DNA of 56,443 nt from an uncultured Bacilli bacterium (GTDB taxonomy: Bacteria > Bacillota_I > Bacilli_A > RF39 > UBA660), in NCBI GenBank assembly GCA_947624505.1, contig CANQKO010000006.1:1-56443 (forward strand), written 5' to 3'. This document shows, in pieces, positions 48,326 through 56,443 of the stretch (the stretch's first letter is position 1; each line of letters opens with the position of its first letter). The notes beneath the pieces are model-generated. The model had not been told where the DNA came from. It was given only the letters and a program-made list of their open reading frames with translations, and did not search any database. Made by a program: the position numbers and the translations under genes.

Positions 48326-48679
48326 TTACTTTTTCTTAAAAAAATCTTTGTAAACTATATAAAAACCAACTAACCAAAAAATTAAAGAAAAGTAAATTAC
48401 CGATAATTCATTTTGTTTAAAACTTAAAAAATCGAAAAAAATTAGAAAACCAAACCAATAGACCAGAAAGATAATCTCATAAAATTTTGAATATAAGACT
48501 TCTAACTTTGAATTTTTAGTCGCTATACTCATAAAAAACATTAATATAGCGCATAAAACAAAAGGAGTGAAAAATATTTTAGCAATTGGATTCCGAAAAT
48601 TCATATAAATAATTCCTAAAATAATATTAATAATAATCGCTTTAATTATATTTATTATTTTGATAAATTTATTATTCAT
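48326..48679 (-). CDS. small multi-TM membrane protein
   Basis: About 4 hydrophobic segments. Confidence 0.65.
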   Translation of the reverse strand: MNNKFIKIINIIKAIIINIILGIIYMNFRNPIAKIFFTPFVLCAILMFFMSIATKNSKLEVLYSKFYEIIFLVYWFGFLIFFDFLSFKQNELSVIYFSLIFWLVGFYIVYKDFFKKK

Positions 48680-49301
48680 TAATTTCCTTAATATTTACAA
48701 ATCTCACTGTTTTCATACTTTGTATACTTAATGGTAAATCATTACTATCTGTTCCTACTTCTGATATTTCTTTAATGGTATCATAACCCGCAATTACTTT
48801 TCCAAATGCAGCATAATTGCCATCTAAATAACCAATTTGATCATTACTATTAACACAAATAAAGAATTGACTACTAGCTGAGTCCATATCTTCACTTCTC
48901 GCCATTGATAACACGCCTTCTTCGTGCTTTAAGTTATTTTCAACTCCATTATTTTTAAATTCACCTTTAACGGTATCACCATATGAAGAATAAACGGTTC
49001 CATCAGGACTACCAGTTTGAATCATAAAGCCCGCAATTACCCGATGAAAGATTTTATTATCATAAAATTTTTCTTGAACTAAATCTTGAAAATGCGCTAC
49101 TGTTAAAGGGGCAATATCAGGATATAATTCAATTAAAACTACTTTATCTTTATTAGTAACTATTTTAATGTAATTAGTTACTTCATCCACTTCTTCATAA
49201 GAGTATCCTTCTAAAGAGCCACTCTTAAATTCTTTACTTCCACAAGCACTAAAAAGTAATAAACAACCTATAAGTAATAAAATGTAACTTATTTTTTTCA
49301 T
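48672..49301 (-). CDS. cyclophilin-type peptidyl-prolyl isomerase lipoprotein
   Basis: Lipobox FSAC; FHRVI.GFMIQ.G, LSMAR, SQFFI, LDGNYAAFGKV. Confidence 0.92.
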   Translation of the reverse strand: MKKISYILLLIGCLLLFSACGSKEFKSGSLEGYSYEEVDEVTNYIKIVTNKDKVVLIELYPDIAPLTVAHFQDLVQEKFYDNKIFHRVIAGFMIQTGSPDGTVYSSYGDTVKGEFKNNGVENNLKHEEGVLSMARSEDMDSASSQFFICVNSNDQIGYLDGNYAAFGKVIAGYDTIKEISEVGTDSNDLPLSIQSMKTVRFVNIKEINE

Positions 49302-49348
49302 TTAATTTTATCTCCTTTATAAGTAAAAGTAAATCCTACGATTTACTT

Positions 49349-50044
49349 TTAACATCCTTCTGTACAAACAGATTTCTCTAAACAACTTAATACGCATTCA
49401 ATATTATCATACATATCTTGTTTCATTTTATCTGTTAATTCCATATAGCTATCATTTTGATCTTCACTAATGCCTGTCGTAAGTTTTTCTGGTTTACCAT
49501 CAATTACACTAACAATATTTGGAGCATAAATTCTTTTTTCACCCGTTGAAACACTCTTACCTTTAGCATTTGTCAAAGTATAATCACTTAAAACGCTATC
49601 AAGACGATCTAAAAGCTCACTATAACCTTCTCCACCATCTTTCGTTTTAACTGGTTTACCATCTTTTAATTCGTATGTATCTCTTAATTCAAGAACATCA
49701 ACATAATAAATTCGCCCAATCTTTAAATCTTTAGCAACTTTAATTAATGTCTCTAACATACTACGACACCAAGGACAACTCTTAAAGCCAAAATAAACAG
49801 CAAAATCTTCACCATTATCAATTTTTTCAACAATTTCACTAGCGGTAGCATAAACAAAAGGATTATCTTCACTAATGCTTATTTCTCTATAAGATATTCC
49901 TGCATCAGTTGTCTTTCCATTAAGTGATTCATACTCTTCTTTAAATTTAGTTGCATCAGTTACAACGTTTTCTTTTTCTTTAAAACAACCACCAACAAAT
50001 AATAATAAAACTATTATTAATAATATACTTCCTACTTTTTTCAT
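49349..50044 (-). CDS. thioredoxin-like lipoprotein (CPWC), paralog of 47580..48266
   Basis: Lipobox VGGC; DA.KF.EEY.LN, YFGF..CPWCR, KRIY.P. Confidence 0.8.
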   Translation of the reverse strand: MKKVGSILLIIVLLLFVGGCFKEKENVVTDATKFKEEYESLNGKTTDAGISYREISISEDNPFVYATASEIVEKIDNGEDFAVYFGFKSCPWCRSMLETLIKVAKDLKIGRIYYVDVLELRDTYELKDGKPVKTKDGGEGYSELLDRLDSVLSDYTLTNAKGKSVSTGEKRIYAPNIVSVIDGKPEKLTTGISEDQNDSYMELTDKMKQDMYDNIECVLSCLEKSVCTEGC

Positions 50045-50047
50045 ATC

Positions 50048-50698
50048 CTACTTCCTTACTTTTAATATTCTTTCTATGTTTTCTAATCTTTCATTTATTT
50101 TTTTATTGGCTCTTACATTTACAAAAACAATTATTGTGGTACTAACCACTATTAATACAACTAACCAAATTATAACATTTGTATTGTTGCAATTACCATT
50201 TTCATTATTTTCTGTAATGCCTAATTCTTCTAAAATATCAAACTTACTATTGGCATTATATTCTTCCGTGATAGCATTTAAAATTGCGGTCTTCTTACTA
50301 TCAGTAAATCCAGAGAAAGTTTCTTCACCAATAATAATAAAAGGAACACCAAATTCTTTACTTGTCACATCATAATTAAAATATTCACCAACTTTATTCA
50401 TTAATTTTTGATTATCATCATTATTCCATACTTCATAAGATCTTAATTTAAAATACTTGCCATAATTATCTATAATACTACTTAAATAATTTAAGAAATT
50501 TTCACAATGTTCACAACCATTCCCACGAAATAAATAAATGGTTACTTGATCACTTGTCTCTTTATAATTAGATAAATTAGCATTAATACTTTCTGATGCT
50601 AATGTTTCTTTTAAATTTAATACTTTAGTTTTAGCCAAAACTATACTAGGTAAAATCATTAAAAATAAAACACTGAATAAAATTAATCTCTTTTTCAT
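50048..50698 (-). CDS. secreted or anchored thioredoxin/glutaredoxin-like protein (CEHC)
   Basis: IYLF.G.GCEHC, YEVW, GVPFIIIG; C-terminal TM. Confidence 0.8.
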   Translation of the reverse strand: MKKRLILFSVLFLMILPSIVLAKTKVLNLKETLASESINANLSNYKETSDQVTIYLFRGNGCEHCENFLNYLSSIIDNYGKYFKLRSYEVWNNDDNQKLMNKVGEYFNYDVTSKEFGVPFIIIGEETFSGFTDSKKTAILNAITEEYNANSKFDILEELGITENNENGNCNNTNVIIWLVVLIVVSTTIIVFVNVRANKKINERLENIERILKVRK

Positions 50699-50786
50699 CT
50701 TATACCTCCTTCCTAATTATAAAATATTTTTTTAACTATTTCTACATATTTATGAAAAAAACTCGGTTTTTTCCGAGTTTTAATTA

Positions 50787-51389
50787 CTATCTATTGTAGA
50801 ATTCAACGATTAATTGTTCTTGAATATCGCTATTAAGTTCGCTTCTTTCCGGAATTCTAACATATTTTCCAGTTAATTTCTTTTCATCAAATTCTAAATA
50901 AGCAGGAATTGCTACTTTTTCCGCAACACTTGCTAAAATAGCGGGATGATTTAAAGAATTTTCTTTAACACTTATTACATCTCCAGGCATAACTCTATAT
51001 GATGGAATATCTACTTTTTTACCATTAACAAGAATGTGACCGTGATTTACTACTTGTCTTGCGGCACGACGAGTTCTTGCCATACCAAGACGATATACTA
51101 AATTATCAAGTCTACTTTCAAGTAACATAAGTAAATTTTCACCAGCAATACCAGGAAGTTTTTGAGCTTTATCAAAAACTTTATGGAATTGTTTTTCCGT
51201 TAAACCATAAGTATATCTAACTTTTTGTTTTTCTTGTAATTGAACACCATATTCACTAGATTTTTTCTTACGATCTTTACCGTGAACACCAGGAGCATAA
51301 GGACGGCGAGCTAAGTCTTTACCATTTTCTAATGTTGAAAATGCTAATCTTCTTGATTTCTTATAAGCTGGTCCTGTATATCTTGCCAT
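50787..51389 (-). CDS. rpsD: 30S ribosomal protein S4
   Basis: MARYTGP, SEYG.QL.EKQK, LESRLDN.VYR, LIVEFY. Confidence 0.97.
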   Translation of the reverse strand: MARYTGPAYKKSRRLAFSTLENGKDLARRPYAPGVHGKDRKKKSSEYGVQLQEKQKVRYTYGLTEKQFHKVFDKAQKLPGIAGENLLMLLESRLDNLVYRLGMARTRRAARQVVNHGHILVNGKKVDIPSYRVMPGDVISVKENSLNHPAILASVAEKVAIPAYLEFDEKKLTGKYVRIPERSELNSDIQEQLIVEFYNR

Positions 51390-51399
51390 TAACATTCTC

Positions 51400-51540
51400 C
51401 TTTCTTTATAAATTACAATTTTTGTTTTTGGCTTTTTCTAATCATAGGGAGTTTTTTACTATATTTCATTTCGGCAGACGAATTACTTTATATTTTTCAA
51501 AACACATTATAACCAAAAAAGCCTCTGCCACTTAATTGCA
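51400..51540 (-). promoter_or_regulatory. probable S4 autoregulatory leader
   Basis: GGCAGA/TCTGCC and GGCTTTT/AAAAGCC pairings and GTAA motifs upstream of rpsD. Confidence 0.4.
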
Positions 51541-51623
51541 TAATTATTATACTATATTTTTTTAAATTGTCAAATATACTTGTCAAACAATATTTTTTAT
51601 GATATCATAATACTGTTCTTTAT

Positions 51624-51700
51624 GGCGAGATAGCTCAGTTGGCTAGAGCATTCGGTTCATACCCGAAGTGTCGGGGGTTCAAATCCCTCTCTCGCTACCA
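51624..51700 (+). tRNA. tRNA-Met elongator (CAT)
   Basis: GGCGAGATAGCTCAGTTGGCTAGAGC-ATTCGG-TTCATAC-CCGAA...GGTTCAAATCC...CGCTACCA. Confidence 0.92.
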
Positions 51701-51710
51701 ATTAGTTAAC

Positions 51711-51735
51711 AAACTCCATTTTTAGATGGAGTTTT
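51711..51735 (+). terminator. terminator after tRNA-Met
   Basis: AAACTCCAT-TTTTAG-ATGGAGTTTT. Confidence 0.8.
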
Positions 51736-51763
51736 ATAATATTTAAAAGAAAGAAGAATTATA

Positions 51764-52145
51764 ATGGACAAAAATAAATTAATGGATAATATGCTTTTTA
51801 GAAACAGATGCTGCGCTTATGGCCTTAGCTGGGAAGATTTTAATATTTATGGAAATACTATTATATTAAATACTTCTAAAAAAGATATTTATTAATGAAT
51901 GTATTATATTATATATTAAAAATTAAAAAAGACCATTTCCTATTGATATCATTAATTATTTAGGTCAAGATCCTAAAGTGATAGATAAATATAATCTTGA
52001 ACTTTACCGCATAATTGACTTATTACTTAAAGATAAAGGCTTTAAAATAAAAGAAGGCTATGAACATTATGATGAATTAGAAAAAACTCAAAAAGAAGAT
52101 TTTAAAAACTATGCAAAAAAATTGTTAAGAGAACTTAACAATTAA
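51764..52145 (+). pseudogene. disrupted hypothetical gene
   Basis: MDKNKLMDNMLFRNRCC..., then a frame change and an in-frame TAA, then open KRPFPIDII...LRELNN*. Confidence 0.5.
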
Positions 52146-53410
52146 TCTTTAGGATTTAAAACTAATATACTTCTTTCATCAAAATTTAATAATTTACTAA
52201 AATCTACAACATCTTGATAAGTAATATTTTCATATACTTCTTTTAAGTTATCAACTATATCTCCATAGTTTAATATTTCTGATTGAATAATATTATTAAC
52301 TGTTTCAACATCTTCATATTCTAAGATTAATGATGCGATACTAGCATTTAGCATTCTTCTAAATGTTTTTTCATCAATCTCTAACTTATTTAATTTTTCA
52401 TTAAATAAGTTAAGTATTTCTTTAGTATAATTACTATCAATAGTAAAGATAATTAATAAATAATCATCAAAAATATCGGTCATGTAACTCATACTATTAA
52501 TAAGTTCTTTTTCTAGTAAATTATCTTTAAAATCACTAGTATTACCAAAATTAGCTTTAATTAACATATTAGTATATATTCTAATATGTAAATCATCTAC
52601 TTTTAAACTTTTCTTAGGTATTTTTATACCTATTTTTATTTTTTTATTTGTCACATTAATATCTATTTCTTCATATTTTTTATTGACTTTTTTACTTTCT
52701 TTTTTAATAATTCTTTCGGGATTTAAATATTTTTTAAATTCTTTACTATCTTGATTTTTATTAATACTTTCCATTAATTCATAAGGGTTAAAATTTCCCG
52801 TTACTATTAAAAAAGAATTTTCAGGATGATAAAAATTATCAAAAACTAATTTTACATCATCAATAGTTATCTTTTTTATATCCTCTTCTTCCCCTGTAAT
52901 GGGATATTTATATTCATAACCATTAAAGATATTATCTAAATGTTTAAAAAGCATTACTGTATAGGGATCATCAATTCCCATATTGGCTTCTTCAATAATA
53001 ATACCTTTTTCATTATTGATAATACTTTTACTAAAATAATCATTTTGGACAAAATCTAGCAAATGAATAACATTAGTAGTAGGATTTTCACTACCTAATA
53101 CTTGATAATTAGTATAATTAAATGTCGTAAATGCATTGGTATCACAGCCATTTTTAAAGAAAAAATCATTCGCCGTAGTATCTTTATCTTCATTAAATTT
53201 AACGTGTTCTAAAAAGTGAGCTACCCCATTTGGTAATTTATATATTTTACTACCTATTTTAAATTCATTATAGATAGATCCATATTTAACTGATAATGTT
53301 CCATAAAAAGAATTAACATCTTTTTTCACCCACATATATACTTTTAAACCATTTTGACATTCATCATAATAAACTGTTTCATTTAATCCTTTTAATTTAA
53401 TTTCTTTCAT
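52142..53410 (-). CDS. M16 family zinc peptidase (YmfH-like)
   Basis: PNGVAHFLEH (HxxEH), NAFTT, EKGII.EE, FYHPEN. Confidence 0.92.
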   Translation of the reverse strand: MKEIKLKGLNETVYYDECQNGLKVYMWVKKDVNSFYGTLSVKYGSIYNEFKIGSKIYKLPNGVAHFLEHVKFNEDKDTTANDFFFKNGCDTNAFTTFNYTNYQVLGSENPTTNVIHLLDFVQNDYFSKSIINNEKGIIIEEANMGIDDPYTVMLFKHLDNIFNGYEYKYPITGEEEDIKKITIDDVKLVFDNFYHPENSFLIVTGNFNPYELMESINKNQDSKEFKKYLNPERIIKKESKKVNKKYEEIDINVTNKKIKIGIKIPKKSLKVDDLHIRIYTNMLIKANFGNTSDFKDNLLEKELINSMSYMTDIFDDYLLIIFTIDSNYTKEILNLFNEKLNKLEIDEKTFRRMLNASIASLILEYEDVETVNNIIQSEILNYGDIVDNLKEVYENITYQDVVDFSKLLNFDERSILVLNPKD

Positions 53411-54684
53411 TTTACACCCCCATTATCACTTGGGCATTGAACATAAACTGTATTTAGTTTTAAAGCTTTAGCACATTTGATTAAATCTTCTTTAGTAACC
53501 TTCTTAATCAATTTAATTCTTTCATCAATTAAAGGTAGATGAGCAAATTGATTAAAAATATAATTATTTAAAATAGATACATTATTATCATTAGCCATTT
53601 TTAATGAAAATACTAAATTTTTCTTAGCATCATTCAATTCATCTTGAGAATAATTTCCATTTATCATTTCTTTTACACATTTTTTAATTAATTTTTCCGC
53701 CATTTTAATATTCTTTTTATCTAATGAAACTTCAATAACAAGTAATTCATCATATTTTAAATAAAGGCTTTTAACACTATAACATAAAGAATTTTCTACT
53801 CTTAGTCTTTGATATAATTTAGCTTGAATTCCTCCGGATGCAAAAATATAATTAAAAACGTGAAAAGCCACATTTTTTAAATCAATATCCAAACCTTTTA
53901 AATTATAAATCATTACTAAGGTGCTTTGCACAAAAGAAACTTCCTTGTTTACTATTAATGGCTTTCTTTTAATTTTATTATCCACTAACAAACTTGGCTT
54001 TTTAATTTTTATAACTCGATATTTAAAATTATCTTTAATTATTTTGACCGCTTTGTCCATATTTATATTACCTATTATAAAGATGTCACAATTTGAATGC
54101 ATAAATAAATCATTGTATGTTTCATATAAACTAGATGTAGTAATATTTTTTAAATTTTCTTCTTCCCCTAAAACCTTAAAAGAACTAGGACTATTAGGAT
54201 CCATATTTTGTAGTGCACTTAATATAGCCAATTTTTCTGATGATTCTTTAATACTTTTTATTTCATCTTCCATTCTTCTTTTGACAATATTATAATTAGT
54301 TATATCAAATTCCTTATTCTTAACGCGAGGATTATTTAATATTTTAAAAGGGAAAGATAATATTTCTTCAAAATAATTATCTTCACTTATATATTCAGGA
54401 TTAATAAATTCTAAAACAAAAGAAATGGTAAATAAATTACCAACTTTATTAGTGGTGCCATAAAAAATAGCTTTATATAATTCTTCTAATCTTATAGCGA
54501 TATCTTTTCTTCTTTGAAAATGTTTCGAAGAATCAGTTAAAATATCACTTAAAAAAGTAAATTCTTGCATTTTCTCTTTTTCAACTTCTCGACTAAAAAT
54601 AATTTCCATTCGAGTCGTTTTAAATTTGTCGGTTTTAATTGTGTGAATATTATAAGATTCACAATTAATCTTTTTATATTCCAT
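53407..54684 (-). CDS. M16 family inactive partner (YmfF-like)
   Basis: T.KFKT, L...LY.A, KLYQ.LR..NSLCY; no HxxEH. Confidence 0.85.
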   Translation of the reverse strand: MEYKKINCESYNIHTIKTDKFKTTRMEIIFSREVEKEKMQEFTFLSDILTDSSKHFQRRKDIAIRLEELYKAIFYGTTNKVGNLFTISFVLEFINPEYISEDNYFEEILSFPFKILNNPRVKNKEFDITNYNIVKRRMEDEIKSIKESSEKLAILSALQNMDPNSPSSFKVLGEEENLKNITTSSLYETYNDLFMHSNCDIFIIGNINMDKAVKIIKDNFKYRVIKIKKPSLLVDNKIKRKPLIVNKEVSFVQSTLVMIYNLKGLDIDLKNVAFHVFNYIFASGGIQAKLYQRLRVENSLCYSVKSLYLKYDELLVIEVSLDKKNIKMAEKLIKKCVKEMINGNYSQDELNDAKKNLVFSLKMANDNNVSILNNYIFNQFAHLPLIDERIKLIKKVTKEDLIKCAKALKLNTVYVQCPSDNGGVK

Positions 54685-54733
54685 TGGTACACCTCTATTA
54701 TATTATAACACATTTACCTTAATTTATAAGTTT

Positions 54734-55846
54734 TTAAAGACTTTTATTATATTGTTTTTCAATATAATCATCAGTCATTCCCGCTAGATAATCGATAACT
54801 ATTCTTGCATTAGTCGATTTTTGATATTCAACACTCATATATTTTAAATAATTTTGATAAATATCGGCTTCTTTATTCTCACTATTTAAATCATTTAAAT
54901 ATTTTTTAAATAAATGATTAAACATTTCTTTTATGTGTTCTAATTCTTCTAAAGTATAGGCTTTGGCATAAATATTTTCATAATTAAATTTTTTAAGTTC
55001 CACAATTGCTTCATAAATATTATCACTTAATTTAATATAATTTTTATTAAAACTATTTTCAATTATATCATTAATAATAGTATTAATAATTTCTTTGTTA
55101 CTACATCCTAAAACATCTGTTATTCTTTTAGGAATATCTTCTTTTTTAATTATATTAAGTCTTATTCCATCTTCAATATCTTTGCCAAGATAAGCAATTA
55201 AATCACTAACTCTTACAACACAACCTTCTAAAGTCATTGGTTTTAATTCTTTTAAAATCTTTTTATTATGGTAACTTTCCTTGTATTCTTGTAAAAAATC
55301 TTCCGTACTTTTTTCGTTTGGATGATATTCTCCTAATGCAAATTCACCATTATGACACATTATAGCATCTAAAACGGGAATACTTATATTAGCACCATTG
55401 CCATAATTTTCAATATTCATTAATATTCTAACACTTTGAATATTATGATTAAAATACCCTTCGTTATTCTCTAAACTTATTTCATTTAAAATAGATTCAC
55501 CAACGTGACCAAAAGGCGTATGACCTAAATCGTGACCTAAAGCAGCGGCTTCAATTAAATCTTCATTTAAATTTAAGGCTCTTCCAATAGTTCTTGCTAT
55601 TTTACTTACAAATTGAACGTGAGTCATTCTTCTACTTAAATGATCATTTTCCCGATGCGTAAATACTTGAGTTTTATCTAAATATCTTGTATATGATAAT
55701 GTATATAAAATACGATCGATATCACGATAAAAACTTGGTCGAAAATCTTCTTCTTCCTTATTTAATCTTATTCCTCTTTCATAAGGACAAGCATATTCTG
55801 ATAACCCTTCAATTTTCATATTTTCTTTAATTTTCTCTATATTCAT
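54734..55846 (-). CDS. HD-domain dNTP triphosphohydrolase-like protein
   Basis: RD.DRI, L.KTQVF, R.TH...V, LGHDLGHTPFGH.GE, DYLAGMTD. Confidence 0.9.
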   Translation of the reverse strand: MNIEKIKENMKIEGLSEYACPYERGIRLNKEEEDFRPSFYRDIDRILYTLSYTRYLDKTQVFTHRENDHLSRRMTHVQFVSKIARTIGRALNLNEDLIEAAALGHDLGHTPFGHVGESILNEISLENNEGYFNHNIQSVRILMNIENYGNGANISIPVLDAIMCHNGEFALGEYHPNEKSTEDFLQEYKESYHNKKILKELKPMTLEGCVVRVSDLIAYLGKDIEDGIRLNIIKKEDIPKRITDVLGCSNKEIINTIINDIIENSFNKNYIKLSDNIYEAIVELKKFNYENIYAKAYTLEELEHIKEMFNHLFKKYLNDLNSENKEADIYQNYLKYMSVEYQKSTNARIVIDYLAGMTDDYIEKQYNKSL

Positions 55847-56063
55847 CTTTAACCTCTTCAAAACGATATTCTTGAGCTACATTAGGATATTTATCTTTAT
55901 CAACTTTAGATAAAAACATATCATAATCCCTTACCCATATTTCACCATTATGTAGATAAACTACCTTCTTTTTTAAATTTTCACTATCTTTAGCAATATA
56001 CAATACTTTTACTATATCACCTTTAAAATGTTTATAATATGTATTAACTTTTACTTCTCTCAT
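55827..56063 (-). CDS. DUF1653 protein
   Basis: YKHFKG...A.DSE...VVY...WVR..MF.S.VD..KYP...Q.YRFE. Confidence 0.88.
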   Translation of the reverse strand: MREVKVNTYYKHFKGDIVKVLYIAKDSENLKKKVVYLHNGEIWVRDYDMFLSKVDKDKYPNVAQEYRFEEVKDEYREN

Positions 56064-56443
56064 TGTATCACCAATTAAATTTTATTACATTTAAAATTCT
56101 TTGTAAATCTCTTGCATATATTTTATACATTATGATAAAATATTTATAGGAAAACGTATTATACGTTGCCTGATGAGCTTGCTAGCCTATGCTAGCTGTT
56201 TTTATTTCCACAAGTAGAATCACTATTGCTAAAATAAAAACCACAAATCGCTCTCCCATAAACATATATAACACAGTTTCATTTCACTTGTAAATACCCA
56301 AAACTTTAAAATAGCAAGTTTTTTGTCAAATCTCTAGAGATTTGGCTTCTTTTTTATATAAAAATTGGGGCTGTCGCGAAATTAAATGATTAATTTCTTG
56401 ACAGTTTCTTTTTTTTAGGTTTTACAGAAGGAAATACCTCTTT

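Noticed and set aside
10132..54295. Other antisense ORFs inside 9935..11845, pnp, infB, nusA, the recombinase, ftsK, the ATPase, clpC, scpB and ymfF
   Set aside because: They overlap longer, well-supported genes and have shadow-like composition
56148..56200. Hammerhead ribozyme (GAAA...CTGATGA)
   Set aside because: No room for stem I and no valid UH cleavage triplet
56367..56410. IS end (GGGGCTGTCGCGAAATT...AATTTCTTGACAG)
   Set aside because: Imperfect hairpin at the window edge with no transposase visible; cannot be supported

Overview
This is very AT-rich chromosomal DNA read with the standard code (TGA = stop). It comes from a genome-reduced, spore-forming Bacillota/Bacilli organism; RF39-like gene content is my inference. 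Most of it is housekeeping: rpsT, miaA, tmcAL, rimP-nusA-ylxR-infB-rbfA-truB-rpsO-pnp, ftsK, trmL, scpAB, rpsD, ymfFH-like genes and three tRNAs, plus sporulation genes (spoIIP, cotJ) and large surface proteins. Four loci stand out. (1) cotJC is split by a 3.7-kb serine-recombinase element whose precise excision would restore a 185-aa reading frame, like the skin element; a tiny candidate directionality-factor gene sits behind a sporulation-type promoter. (2) Inside that element, a PemK/MazF-family toxin with no recognisable protein antitoxin is preceded by promoter, two covarying structured RNA repeats and a terminator, the layout of type III toxin-antitoxin systems. (3) A Bro-N/ORF6N gene carries a DNA palindrome inside the coding sequence of each domain, with matching palindromes in its own 5' leader, one with a flipped loop. 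(4) An XRE-controlled surface-protein gene shows a 3'-polarised adenine-depletion gradient, suggesting a remote diversity-generating-retroelement (DGR) target with no reverse transcriptase in the window. All family calls come from recognising motifs by eye, not database searches.
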